This document shows, piece by piece, positions 1 through 10,573 of a stretch of DNA of 64,000 bases. The translations under genes were made by a program, and so were the position numbers. The stretch comes from an uncultured Acidobacteriota bacterium. GTDB taxonomy: Bacteria > Acidobacteriota > UBA6911 > RPQK01 > JAPXNP01. Within the stretch, counting starts at the first letter, position 1, and the number at the start of each line of letters is the position of its first letter. The notes under the pieces were generated by a model. That model was not told where the DNA came from. It did no database searches and worked only from the letters and a program-made list of their open reading frames with translations. The stretch lies in contig CAVZRV010000008.1 in assembly GCA_963777605.1 (NCBI GenBank), forward strand, positions 320,001-384,000. Reading direction: 5' to 3'.

Positions 1-455
1 GGCGGGTCAACCGGGATCTGGTCGGCAAGAACGCGTCGGAACTGGCCAGGGCGGCAGGCCGCCTGACCATCTCGGAGGATGTTCGGATTCTGTTCGGTGA
101 AACCGATTTCGATCATCCTTTCGTACAGGAAGAACAGATGATGCCCTTTCTTCCGGTCGTCCGGGTCAGGGATCCCCGAGAGGGCATCGAACTGGCAGTC
201 CGCGCCGAGCATGGCTATCGGCATACGGCGATGATTCATTCGAACAACCTGGAAACCATTACGGAGTTCGCCAGGGCGGTGAACACGAGTATTGTGGTAG
301 TCAACGGGTCGAGCCTGGCGGGCAATGGCCCGCCAGCGGGAGAAGGCTATTTCTCTCACACCATCTCCAGTCCGACCGGAGAAGGAGTCTGTACTCCGAG
401 GGACTTTGCCAGGGTCCGCCGACTCTGTGTCAAGGGGGCGCTGCGAATTGTCTGA
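1..455 (+). CDS. Acylating aldehyde dehydrogenase, BMC-associated EutE/PduP type (5' truncated by window)
   Basis: C-terminal motifs EEQMMPFLPVVRV, EHGYRHTAMIHS and SHTISSPTGEG typical of EutE/PduP; frame open back to the window edge; upstream of a BMC shell gene. Confidence 0.85.
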   Translation, partial: RVNRDLVGKNASELARAAGRLTISEDVRILFGETDFDHPFVQEEQMMPFLPVVRVRDPREGIELAVRAEHGYRHTAMIHSNNLETITEFARAVNTSIVVVNGSSLAGNGPPAGEGYFSHTISSPTGEGVCTPRDFARVRRLCVKGALRIV

Positions 456-631
456 GCTGCGGCTTCGTCCGGAACCTTCGATTTTCACCGCGAAGGCGCG
501 ATGGGTGCCAAGATTCTTTGGGGTTGAAAACAATGAAACCTCTGCGTTCTTAGCGTCTTGGCAGTTCACTGAATTGGATTTGAATCGTTCTTGACCTATT
601 CATTCATTAACTGAGAAGTAAGGAGAAAACA

Positions 632-934
632 ATGTCGAAAGAAGCATTGGGATTAATCGAGACTCGAGGTTTGGTGGGCGCGATTGAAGCGGCCGACGCG
701 ATGGTCAAGGCTGCCCAGGTTGACTTGATCGGCAAGGAGCAGGTCGGCGGCGGCCTGGTCACGGTCATGGTTCGCGGTGATGTGGGTGCCGTCAAGGCCG
801 CCACGGACGCGGGAGCGGCGGCGGCCGAAAAGGTCGGCGAGTTGGTCTCCGTTCACGTCATACCGAGGCCTCATGCCGACGTCGAGTCAATTCTGCCGGT
901 CAAGGGTGCCGCCAAGGCGACTGCAACCAAGTAG
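632..934 (+). CDS. BMC hexameric shell protein (EutM/PduA/CcmK family)
   Basis: [24 protein letters not shown]...GDVGAVKAA...VHVIPRPH; RBS AAGGAG upstream. Confidence 0.97.
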   Translation: MSKEALGLIETRGLVGAIEAADAMVKAAQVDLIGKEQVGGGLVTVMVRGDVGAVKAATDAGAAAAEKVGELVSVHVIPRPHADVESILPVKGAAKATATK

Positions 935-949
935 GAAGGACGATAAAAA

Positions 950-1768
950 ATGAGTTCCAGCCTTTACGGCCTCCGGCGAGAGATTGTCGAGGCAGGCAGG
1001 CGTATCTACAACCGAAACTTCGTTGCGGCCAACGATGGGAACATCAGTGCCCGCGTGGATTCACGCCGGGTGGTGATCACCCCGAGTGGCGTCAGCAAGG
1101 GCTTCATGAAGCCCGAGGACCTGATCGTTGTCGATTACGACGGGAACGTGCTCGAAGGGCGGAAGAAACCCTCTTCCGAACTCTTCATGCACTTGCAGAT
1201 CTTCAAGGACCGGCCCGACGTCAACGGAGTGGTTCACGCGCATCCCCCCAAGGCAACGGGTTTTGCCGTGGCGGGGATTCCGCTGACCCAGTGCGTCTTG
1301 CCGGAGGTCATCGTGACGCTCGGTGGGGTTCCCCTCGCTGAGTACGGGACCCCGGGTACGGAGGAGTTCTTCAAACCGGTGCTCAAGTACCTGCAGGATT
1401 ACGATGCCTTCCTGCTCGAAAATCACGGGGCTCTGACCATAGGTCCCGACGTGATGAGTGCCTATTATCGGATGGAGACCCTGGAGCACTTCGCACATAT
1501 CGCCATGGTGGCGATCCAACTTGGAAAGCTGCAGACGCTAAAGGAGGCCGATGTCCAAAAACTGATCGGCCTTCGGGAGCGCTTCGGCATCCAAACCAAG
1601 GTGTCCTGCGAACAGTGTGACAAGAGTCAGACTCCGCAGTGCCGGATCGGCAATTCCGGCGCGAGTGATCCGGTGCGGCCGCCAACTGCCGGCTCCCTTC
1701 AGGGAGTCGATCAGCGCGCCCTCGTAGAAGCCGTTACCGCGGCAGTGATGAGGCAAATCGGCAAGTAG
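950..1768 (+). CDS. Class II aldolase (fuculose/rhamnulose-phosphate aldolase-like) with C-terminal encapsulation peptide
   Basis: GNISAR, TPSG, PSSE, HAHP and LENHG motifs; C-terminal amphipathic helix QRALVEAVTAAVMRQI. Confidence 0.92.
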   Translation: MSSSLYGLRREIVEAGRRIYNRNFVAANDGNISARVDSRRVVITPSGVSKGFMKPEDLIVVDYDGNVLEGRKKPSSELFMHLQIFKDRPDVNGVVHAHPPKATGFAVAGIPLTQCVLPEVIVTLGGVPLAEYGTPGTEEFFKPVLKYLQDYDAFLLENHGALTIGPDVMSAYYRMETLEHFAHIAMVAIQLGKLQTLKEADVQKLIGLRERFGIQTKVSCEQCDKSQTPQCRIGNSGASDPVRPPTAGSLQGVDQRALVEAVTAAVMRQIGK

Positions 1769-1873
1769 AAGTCCCGTTCGGAATTTGCGGCGGGCTTTCG
1801 GCTCGCCGCAAGATTCCTGCTGGGGCTGGCACGTCGGTGGCCGGCAAAGACATTTCGTGATCTGGAAACCCCG

Positions 1874-3104
1874 ATGAAAATCATCGTTTGCAATATCGGA
1901 TCGACGAGTTTCAAGTTCCAGTTGATCGACATGGCCGACGAATCGGTCCTCGCCCGCGGATCGGCCGAGCGAGTCGGCAGCGAGTGTGCGACTGTCAACT
2001 ACCAGGCCGACCGGTCAGCCCTTCCTCCGTCGGGAACTACCCCTGGAGGGACATCGCAGTGCCGTGGAACATGCGCTCCGGTTTCTCACCGAAGGAGACG
2101 ACCCTCTCGTCTCCGATTTGAACGAGGTCGCTGCTGTCGGCTTCAAGACCGTTCAGGCGGGAGAGAAAAACGGATCCGTGCTCCTCGACGACGAGGTGCT
2201 GGAGGCCATGGAACGGTACCGCGACCTCGCCCCGGCACACAACCCGCCCTATCTCTCTGCGATCAGAATGTTCAGGGAGTTGCTTCCCGAAACCCCGCTG
2301 GTCGGCGTGTTCGAACCCGGTTTCCACTCCGGGGTTCCGGACTACGCGCAGATCTACGGGACGCCCTGGGACTGGATCGAGGAGCACCGCGTGAGACGTT
2401 ACGGATACCACGGGGCTTCCCATCGATTCGTCACCGGGGAAACGGTGCGTTTTCTGGGCCTTCCTCCTCGCGAGCATCGCATTATTTCCTGCCACCTGGG
2501 AGGCTCTTCTTCGATTTGCGCATTCAAGAACGGCGCTTCGATCGACACCTCGATGGGATTCACGCCCCAGACCGGCCTCATCCAGGGGACCAGAATTGGG
2601 GACATGGATCCATTTGTGCTGCCCTACGTGATGGCGCGAAAAGGCATTACGCTGGAACAGGCGCTTCAGGAATGTTCATTGAACGCCGGGCTGGCCGGCC
2701 TTTCCGGTACCTCGGGCGACATGCGGGACGTCAACTCCGCCATCGCCGACGGAAGCCGCCGGGCGCTGCTGGCCCGCCAGAAATTCATCTACGACATCAA
2801 GCGGTACATCGGTGAGTATCTCGTCCTGATGGAAGGAATCGATGCGATCGCCTTCACCGGCGGAATCGGACAAAAGGACCCCGAGTTGCGAGCCGAAGTC
2901 CTTTCCTCCCTGCGTTTCCTCGGTCTTTTACTGGACGAGGAAGCAAATCGGAACGATGCCCGCCTGATCACCCTGGCCGCGTCACGGATCAAAGGGCTGG
3001 TCCTCGAAACCAACGAGGAAATCATTGTCGCCCGCGAGACCGCTCGGGTGTTGACCGAACGTACAGCCTCCGGGTTCCCGGTTGTCGATCAATCGGCGAA
3101 GTAA
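1874..3104 (+). CDS. ackA: Acetate/propionate kinase (apparent frameshift near 2000-2030)
   Basis: N-terminal NIGSTSFKFQL in one frame; APAHNP, RRYGYHGASH, CHLGGSSS, DTSMGFTP, FTGGIG and ETNEE in the next frame. Confidence 0.9.
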
Positions 3105-5185
3105 CTTTCGGAGAGATACTCCTTCATCATCCTCCGGGTCGAGAAGTCCCAGATTGTTGAGCGGATCGCCTCCTTCATTCGGGCAACCCAACCGGTCGGG
3201 ATGTCGCTCTGGTCCCGCCGGTAAAAGAGCGGGACGATCTCCTCTTCGAGAAGGCTGTACATCGACTCGGCCGCAGACTCGTCGTCATAACCCTCGATTG
3301 CCCATCCGTTCTGGCCGTTGTAGCCCTCGCACCACCAGCCGTCCAGAATGCTGAAGTTGAGCACTCCATTGAGTGCGGCCTTCTGACCGCTGGTTCCGCT
3401 CGCCTCCTTGGGAGGTTCGGGGTTGTTCAGCCAGACGTCCACTCCGGCGACAAGGTTGTGTGCCACCTGCTTGTCGTAATTCTCGATGAAAGAGACCCGC
3501 CCCCCGAACTGAGGATTGGTGCAGACCTCGTACACCTGGCGGAGAAGGTACTTCCCCGGTTCGTCGGCAGGATGGGGTTTGCCGGCGAAGATGATCTGGA
3601 CCGGCCGCCATGGATTCAGGAGAATTCGCTTGAGTCGCTCAACGTCCCGAAGGATCAGGCTGGCCCGCTTGTAAGTCGCAAAACGTCGCGCGAATCCAAT
3701 CGTGAGCGCTTCCGGGGTCAGCAGCGTCCCCTGGGCCACCAATTGGCCGGCTGACTGCCCGTAGGCCATCCAGGCTTGCCGCGCCCGCAATCGCATAAAC
3801 CCAAAGAGCTTGGTCTTCAAAGCCTGGTGCGTCAGCCAGAGTTCCTCGTCGGACATCTCGGGAACCCGCTCCCAGATCGACTGGTCATCGAAGTCGGCCC
3901 GCCATTCTGACCCCAGGTAGCGATTGAACAGGGTCACCACGCCGCCGGAAAGCCAGGTCGGCACGTGAACTCCGTTGGTGACCGATCCGATTGGCACTTC
4001 CTGAACCGGTCGCTCGGGGTAGAGGAACCGCCACATCTCCCGCGAGACCTCCCCGTGCTTCTTGCTGACTCCGTTGACCTTCCTCGCAGTTTTCAGGGCC
4101 AGGATGGTCATGCTGAACGAGGACGACTCGTCACTGCTGCCGAGGCCGAGGAAGTTCTCCCGGTCGATTTCGAGGGCCTCCCAGAAGTGACGGAAGTGCT
4201 CCTCCATCATGTGGAACGGGAATTCATCGTGTCCGGCTTTGACCGGCGTGTGGGTGGTGAAGACCAGCTTGCGGCGAGCAGCCTGGACCGAATCGGAGAA
4301 GCTCAGCCCAGCCAGTCGTCCCTCCCGGATCAGTTCCAGGACGGCGAAAGCCGCATGCCCTTCGTTCAGATGGATGACCGTCGGGTCGTATCCCAACGCA
4401 CGCAAAGTCCGAACTCCGCCGATCCCGAGGACGATTTCCTGGCGCAGGCGGACCTCGTTGTCACCGCCGTAGAGACGGGCTACCAGGTCCCGGTCCCATG
4501 GTTCGTTCTCGGGAATATCGGAATCCAGCAGAAAGATCGAAACTCGTCCCACCTGGAGCCGCCACAGCGACACTTTCAGGGTCCGCCCATCGAGTGGCAC
4601 CGTGACAAGAAAGCGGGAACCGTCATCATTGAGCAAGGGCAGAAGTGGAGTGTGCTCGAGCCGCAGCCGCTCGTAAAAGACCTCCTGGCTGCCGTCAGCG
4701 GCAACCCGCTGTTTGAAATAACCTTCCGGGTAGAGAGCCCCGACGGCAACAAAGGGAATTCCCATGTCGCTGGCCTCCTTGCAGGTGTCACCCGCCAGGA
4801 GCCCAAGCCCGCCCGAGTAGATGGGAACGGACGTGTGTACTCCGAACTCGGCACAAAAATAGGCAACCTGTTCATTCGGCCGACCTGAGTAGTGTTGTGT
4901 GTACCAGGTTTCCTTTGACCCCATGTAGGCGTCGAAGCTCGCGACGGCCCGGTCGTACAGGTCGAGAAACGGCGCATGGTTAGCGGCAAATGCGAACACG
5001 TCCGGCGTGCATTCCTGGAGTATCCGAACAGGGTTCTGCGAAGTCCGGCGCCAGAGTGTTCTGTCGAGCATCCGAAAAAGGCGACGAACTTCGGGGTTCC
5101 AACACCACCAGAGGTTGTGAGCCAAATCAGTCAAGCGGCCGATTCGCTGGGGAACAGACTCGTACTCAGGTGTCTTTATCTGCAT
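3089..5185 (-). CDS. glgP: Alpha-glucan (glycogen/maltodextrin) phosphorylase
   Basis: YSGGLGLLAGD, HLNEGHAAF, FARRFATYKRA and the PLP-site motif EASGTSGQKAALNG. Confidence 0.96.
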   Translation of the reverse strand: MQIKTPEYESVPQRIGRLTDLAHNLWWCWNPEVRRLFRMLDRTLWRRTSQNPVRILQECTPDVFAFAANHAPFLDLYDRAVASFDAYMGSKETWYTQHYSGRPNEQVAYFCAEFGVHTSVPIYSGGLGLLAGDTCKEASDMGIPFVAVGALYPEGYFKQRVAADGSQEVFYERLRLEHTPLLPLLNDDGSRFLVTVPLDGRTLKVSLWRLQVGRVSIFLLDSDIPENEPWDRDLVARLYGGDNEVRLRQEIVLGIGGVRTLRALGYDPTVIHLNEGHAAFAVLELIREGRLAGLSFSDSVQAARRKLVFTTHTPVKAGHDEFPFHMMEEHFRHFWEALEIDRENFLGLGSSDESSSFSMTILALKTARKVNGVSKKHGEVSREMWRFLYPERPVQEVPIGSVTNGVHVPTWLSGGVVTLFNRYLGSEWRADFDDQSIWERVPEMSDEELWLTHQALKTKLFGFMRLRARQAWMAYGQSAGQLVAQGTLLTPEALTIGFARRFATYKRASLILRDVERLKRILLNPWRPVQIIFAGKPHPADEPGKYLLRQVYEVCTNPQFGGRVSFIENYDKQVAHNLVAGVDVWLNNPEPPKEASGTSGQKAALNGVLNFSILDGWWCEGYNGQNGWAIEGYDDESAAESMYSLLEEEIVPLFYRRDQSDIPTGWVARMKEAIRSTIWDFSTRRMMKEYLSESYFAD

Positions 5186-5278
5186 AATCCGTCAGTCCTT
5201 CGTTTGGTGAACCCGTACAGCGGTCCCATTCCGGGACATTGGAAGCGGCAAGCCATCCAAGAGGCGCAGTCAAATCGA

Positions 5279-5566
5279 TCAATCGAGGTCAAAGGGACGG
5301 GGTGGCGGCTCGTCGAGCTCGTCTTTGGATCGAAGTGCCTCCTCGAATTTCGCCTCGAGGCTGCTTTGGCGCTTCTTTTCATCGGCGAATGCTCTGGCGA
5401 AGATTTCGTCACTCTTCGTTTTCCGCTCCTTCTCTTGGCGGAGGGCGTCGTCAAACGAATACCCGGCCTTCTTTGCGTCTGAATGAATCACCAGCCCGGT
5501 CGTCGCGTCGATAATCAAACGCGCCTGACAGCAAGGGCAGGTTACTTCAAGTCTCTTCTTTTCCAT
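5279..5566 (-). CDS. Small conserved hypothetical protein with N-terminal CxCC motif and coiled coil
   Basis: MEKKRLEVTCPCCQARLIID...PPRPFDLD; likely start ATG at 5566. Confidence 0.7.
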   Translation of the reverse strand: MEKKRLEVTCPCCQARLIIDATTGLVIHSDAKKAGYSFDDALRQEKERKTKSDEIFARAFADEKKRQSSLEAKFEEALRSKDELDEPPPRPFDLD

Positions 5567-5690
5567 GTCGCCCAGTATCTCCGTTTCATCACATCCCGGG
5601 TGCTCTCTGTCCGGTGTGACAAGGGCAATGATCGACAGAATCTCCCACAATCTATACCACAAATCAAGGAGACCTCTGGGAACAGGAGGG

Positions 5691-8057
5691 ATGATTGCCG
5701 GTCAACGTCGCGCTACACTCGGGCGTGTGAAGGAGGAAAGGGTCCCCCTGCCCATCGACGAACACCTCGAAGGAATCAGAGACTCCGTTCGCCGGCATGG
5801 GCGCCTCGTGCTGGTCGCACCGCCGGGAACGGGAAAGACGACACGGGTGGCGCCCGCTCTGCTGACGGACGGGCCGGTCATTCTGCTCCAGCCGAGGCGG
5901 GTTGCGGCGCGCGCCATCGCCCGAAGAATCGCGTTCGAGAATGGCTGGGACGTCGGACGACAGGTTGGCTGGCAGGTGCGATTCGAAAGGAACTTTGGCG
6001 TTGACACTCAACTGCTTCTGGCAACCGAAGGAATCTTGACTGCCCGGCTCCAGTCCGATCCTCTTCTGAGCGGTTTTCGAACCGTGATCCTCGATGAATT
6101 CCACGAGAGAACGCTTCATGCGGACCTTGGGCTCACCCTGGTGAAAGAGGCTTGCCTCGCCCGGCCGGATCTGCGCCTGGTCGTCATGTCAGCAACCCTC
6201 GACGGTGCCGCGGTCGCCCATTTCCTGGGTGACTGTCCCCTTGTTGAAGTTGAGACCCGGCACTATCCCGTTGAGATCCGTTACGACGAGCGAATGACTC
6301 CGGCCGACGCTGTGCGGGCGGTTGCTGCTCGCCCGGGCGGCCACATTCTCTGTTTTCTCCCGGGCAGTCCTGAGATCGCCAGGGTGTCGGCAGAGCTGGA
6401 GCGAGTGCCACCTTCCGGATCGGTCCGGGTTCTTCCGCTCCACGGGGGTCTCGATGCCGGCTCCCAGGACCGGGCCCTGGCTCCAAGCGTGGAACGCAAA
6501 GTGATCCTGGCGACGAATATTGCGGAAACTTCGCTCACCGTCGAGGGAGTCTCCGACGTCGTTGACAGCGGGTACCATAAGGTCTTGCGCTTCGATCCGG
6601 CCAGGGCGCTGGACCGCCTGGAGTTGGAACGCATCCCCTCGGATTCGGCGGAGCAGAGAGCGGGAAGAGCGGGTCGGGAAGGACCTGGCCGCGCGATCCG
6701 GTTGTGGGATCCCCGGATGAGGCTTCGACTGCGCCGGGAGCCGGAGATCCGGCGCGTGGACCTGGCCGGGCCGTTTCTGGACGTTCTGGCCTGGGGCGGG
6801 GACCCCGCGCGCCTCGATTGGTTCGAGGTTCCACCAACGGAACGAGCCGAGGCCGCCATGCGTCTGCTTGAGGATCTTCGCCTGGTCGATGACGGCCACC
6901 TGACCTCCTTGGGACAAATGGCGCATCAGTTGCCGCTCCACCCTCGTGTCGCCACGGTCCTCTTGGCGGCTGGGGCCACACCCCGAGCGGCACGAGTCTG
7001 CTCGCTGCTCTCGGAAGGCCCGGTCGGGCCGCCGGGCAACCTGGCCACGACCTGCGATCTGTTCTGGGCATCCGACAGTCCCGAGCGGCTTTCCCGGCAT
7101 CTGAACCGGGTCGCGGAAGAGCTCTTCCGAAGGGGCAGATCTGTCCAGGGGGGACGGGATCTGGACGAATCGGACGAACGCCTGCTCAAGGCACTGCTCG
7201 CGGGTTTTCCTGATCGGGTGGCTGAGCGCCGTGAAGCCGGATCCGACCGTCTCCTTCTGGCGCTCGGACACGGCGCTCGGCTGGCCCGGGAAAGTGGAGT
7301 TCACGAGGGCGAGTACCTGATTGCTCTCGAGTTGATCTCCACCAGCCGGACGGGGAGTGGGGAATCTCTGGTCAGCCAGGCAGCCATGGTCCGGAAGGAG
7401 TGGCTGACACCTACGTCAGAGTCACTGACTCACGAATTCGATCCGGAGACCGAATCGGTTCGAGCGACCAGGCGCGAGTGCTATCTGGAACTGGTCCTGA
7501 CCGAAAGGCCGGCCAAACCCGATCCGGAACAGGCTGCCCGGATCCTGGAACAGGTCCTGCGAAGTCGAGAACTGGACGAGACCTCTCTCCGCCTGCTCTC
7601 CAGAGCTGAGTTGGCAGGGATAGCGATCGACCTGGACCGAGTCCGCAGGCTTGCCTGCGTTGGACAGGTCCGGCTTCCACGGCTCGACCTGACCTGGGGA
7701 CTGGACCGGCACCAGGTCGAGGAGATCGACCGGCTCTGCCCCGAAAAAATCCGCGTGCCGAGTGGACGCAGCGTTCTGATCGACTACACCGGGGGGGAGG
7801 CCATTCTCCGGGTCAAGCTGCAGGAACTTTTCGGGATGATCGAATCTCCGCGGATAGGACATGCCCGGCGGGCGCTCCTGATTGAACTCCTCGCTCCCAA
7901 CCAGCGACCGGTGCAGAGGACCCGGGACCTGCACAGCTTCTGGGCCAACACGTACCCTCAGGTTCGCAAGGAGCTCCGCGGCCGCTATCCCAGGCACCCC
8001 TGGCCGGAGGATCCCTGGACGGCTCATCCCACGGCCCGGACGAAGCCTCGAAAATGA
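5691..8057 (+). CDS. hrpB: ATP-dependent helicase HrpB
   Basis: APPGTGKTT, DEFHER, MSAT, ATNIAETSLT, QRAGRAGR and C-terminal ELRGRYPRHPWPEDP; RBS AGGAGG before ATG 5691. Confidence 0.95.
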   Translation: MIAGQRRATLGRVKEERVPLPIDEHLEGIRDSVRRHGRLVLVAPPGTGKTTRVAPALLTDGPVILLQPRRVAARAIARRIAFENGWDVGRQVGWQVRFERNFGVDTQLLLATEGILTARLQSDPLLSGFRTVILDEFHERTLHADLGLTLVKEACLARPDLRLVVMSATLDGAAVAHFLGDCPLVEVETRHYPVEIRYDERMTPADAVRAVAARPGGHILCFLPGSPEIARVSAELERVPPSGSVRVLPLHGGLDAGSQDRALAPSVERKVILATNIAETSLTVEGVSDVVDSGYHKVLRFDPARALDRLELERIPSDSAEQRAGRAGREGPGRAIRLWDPRMRLRLRREPEIRRVDLAGPFLDVLAWGGDPARLDWFEVPPTERAEAAMRLLEDLRLVDDGHLTSLGQMAHQLPLHPRVATVLLAAGATPRAARVCSLLSEGPVGPPGNLATTCDLFWASDSPERLSRHLNRVAEELFRRGRSVQGGRDLDESDERLLKALLAGFPDRVAERREAGSDRLLLALGHGARLARESGVHEGEYLIALELISTSRTGSGESLVSQAAMVRKEWLTPTSESLTHEFDPETESVRATRRECYLELVLTERPAKPDPEQAARILEQVLRSRELDETSLRLLSRAELAGIAIDLDRVRRLACVGQVRLPRLDLTWGLDRHQVEEIDRLCPEKIRVPSGRSVLIDYTGGEAILRVKLQELFGMIESPRIGHARRALLIELLAPNQRPVQRTRDLHSFWANTYPQVRKELRGRYPRHPWPEDPWTAHPTARTKPRK

Positions 8058-8368
8058 CGGAGTGATGAATCATTGAATCCAGGAACCCCGAATGGCCAGT
8101 CGCGAACTGAAAGTGCGAAATAGAATCCGTCCCTGCGATCAGGCAAGACTTCCGCACTACGGCTGTCGCGAAAGGAGGCAACGGAAGCATTCGCTTCCTG
8201 AAGACAATCGCAACTGGTTGACGCCGGGAGAAAGCGGAAGCTGCCGCTTCGCGCACTTCCATATCGGGCGTGCGACTTTCCCCCGTCGATCGATCCTGAG
8301 AATCCAAGTCCTGCGCCCGGCCGGGCAGAGGCTCGGACACCTCGGCAGACGTTCAGACCCGGAAGGGG

Positions 8369-9286
8369 CTAAATCATCAGCAGGCGGTCGATCCGCTTGC
8401 TGACGTCGGTCAGGTAGGCGAGGTCACCCGCGTCGAGTTCGGCGATCACGGTGCCTTCGTAGCCGATTTCGTCCAGGGCCTTGCGGACTTCGGGCCAGTC
8501 GATGTCGCCGTCGCCAAGGTTGACGAACTCCGCGCTGAAGGGGCTGAACCCGGTGGTCATCACCTTGAAGTCTTTAAGGTGAACCTTCTTGATTCGGTGG
8601 CCCAACGTGCGGATCCAGTCCTGCGGGTAGCCAAAGATGACCACGTTCCCGACGTCGAAGTAGGCTCGGACCCAGGGGCTCTTGAACTCGTCAACGTAGT
8701 TGGCGAATTCCATCGGGCTCAGGAGGAACTTGTTCCAGACCTCCTCGACCGCGATGGCTACCTTCAGTTCTTCGGCAAGGGGGATCAGTTCCCGGATGTG
8801 TCTCTGAGAGCGCTCGTAGGCGGTCCGGTAAGGAGTTGCGGCATCGACCACGGCGGGGACCAGCAGCACGGCGTCGGCTCCCCACAGCGAGGCGTTGCGA
8901 AGCGACGTGCGCATGCCGTCGAGGCTCTTCTTGACGACCTCGGGATCTCCGCTCGAGAGGGGGTAGGGCCAGTGGGCCTGGTTCATCACGGAACTGAGGC
9001 GGATCCCGGCTTTCTCCGCCGCCGTCTTGATTTTCTCCGCCTCGCGCGGGTCTTCGACGGTATACCCTTCGACCACCTCGAAGCCCGCATCCGCGGCGAG
9101 CTTCAACCGCTCGTCGTAGCTGAGCTCTTCGGGCAGCATGCCCCACACCACGCCCTTGGTGAGCTTGGCCTTCTTTGGAACGGCCATCGCCGGAGGAGCA
9201 CCGGCCAGGGAACTTATGATTCCCGCACCCGCAACCACGGCACCAGAAGTCTTGAGAAAATCTCGACGAGAAGATTCGTTATTCAT
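8369..9286 (-). CDS. Tat-exported sugar phosphate isomerase/epimerase (xylose isomerase-like TIM barrel)
   Basis: SRRDFLK Tat motif; EEVWNKFLLSP, YFDVGN and VHLKDF motifs. Confidence 0.9.
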   Translation of the reverse strand: MNNESSRRDFLKTSGAVVAGAGIISSLAGAPPAMAVPKKAKLTKGVVWGMLPEELSYDERLKLAADAGFEVVEGYTVEDPREAEKIKTAAEKAGIRLSSVMNQAHWPYPLSSGDPEVVKKSLDGMRTSLRNASLWGADAVLLVPAVVDAATPYRTAYERSQRHIRELIPLAEELKVAIAVEEVWNKFLLSPMEFANYVDEFKSPWVRAYFDVGNVVIFGYPQDWIRTLGHRIKKVHLKDFKVMTTGFSPFSAEFVNLGDGDIDWPEVRKALDEIGYEGTVIAELDAGDLAYLTDVSKRIDRLLMI

Positions 9287-9394
9287 GGAAATCTTTCCTT
9301 CCGCAGGAGTTGTTGAGCAAAATTCTACCCCACAAGGTACACCCTTTGAATCTTCCGCGCGTAGCGGGAGGGGCGCCGCTGACCTGAAACTTCA

Positions 9395-9764
9395 ATTTGG
9401 ATGAACTGGAAGAACTGGATGATTTGGACGCGTTTGGATGGGAATTCGGGCGATCGGTGGAGAGCCAGGGACGTGATTATCGGCTGGATCCTGGTTCCGG
9501 GTCCGGTGCCAGACGTGGATGAGTGATGATCACAGGATCGGCGCCGGACTGGCCCCTGAAGGGGGCCTGTTTCCAGCCCAGGCATTTGCCTGGGTTCACG
9601 GCCCACCCATCAAGAATCCAGCCCTGAAAGGGCGGCACAGCTCTCCGGACGTGAAGAATCGGCGCGACCTTACAGGCCGCAATCGAAATGCAGGACCACA
9701 AACCCAGGGAAAGCCCTGGGCTGGAACCAGGGCGCCTTCCAGCGCCATGAAGCCCGGCGTCGCC
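9395..9764. mobile_element. Non-coding cassette type A, copy 1
   Basis: Near-identical to 9823-10181, 11400-11753 and 15849-16205; bounded by array repeats; contains REP-like palindromes. Confidence 0.8.
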
Positions 9765-9822
9765 AGTTTCACTCTTTGAATGGTCCGGCGGCGGCCGGGG
9801 GCGGGGCTGACTTGAAACTTCA

Positions 9823-10181
9823 TTCGAGATGAGTTGGAAGAACCTGGACGAATTGGATGCGTCTGGACGGGGATTCGGGCGATCGGTGGAGAGCCAGGGA
9901 CGTGATTATCGGCTGGATCCTGGTTCCGGGTCCGGTGCCAGACGTGGATGAGTGATGATCACGGGATCGGCGCCGGACTGGCCCCTGAAGGGGGCCTGTT
10001 TCCAGCCCAGGCATTTGCCTGGGTTTACGGTCCACCCATCAAGAATCCAGCCCTGAAAGGGCGGCACAGCTCTCCGGACGTGAAGAATCGGCGCGACCTT
10101 ACAGGCCGCGATCGCCTTGCCGGGACCACAGACCCAGGGCAAGCCCTGGGCTGAAACCAAGGCGCCTCCAGCGCCAGGTCC
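9823..10181. mobile_element. Non-coding cassette type A, copy 2
   Basis: Same sequence family as 9395-9764; bounded by repeats. Confidence 0.8.
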
Positions 10182-10238
10182 AGTTTCACTGATTGAATGG
10201 TCCGGCGCCGCCGGGGGCGGGGCTGACTTGAAACTTCA

Positions 10239-10516
10239 ATCGAGATGAGTTCCTGGTTCCTGGTTTCTCGTTTCTGGAGGGAAAGTAATCCAGGCATCCC
10301 TGCCTGATATGGCGGCCGGGCAAGCTTGCCCGGCGGAAGTCAACCTTCTCAATCCCAGGTTTATTGATTTCCGGGTTCTTCTGAAATCAGTCCGCCACCG
10401 GGACTGAATCGCACTTTCAGTGCTGCATTGCCGTCTTGGCTCCGATTCCCGGGGCGTTGCCGCCGGGCTGGAAATGACCCTGCGCCGTTGGCGCGCTCAT
10501 CTGGCGATGCTTCACC
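10239..10516. mobile_element. Non-coding cassette type C
   Basis: Unique 278-bp unit between repeats; perfect 20-bp palindrome GCCGGGCAAGCTTGCCCGGC (10315-10334) and REP-like hairpins. Confidence 0.72.
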
Positions 10517-10573
10517 CGTTTCACTGATTGAATGGTCCGGCGCCGCCGGGGGCGGGGCTGACCTGAAACTTCA

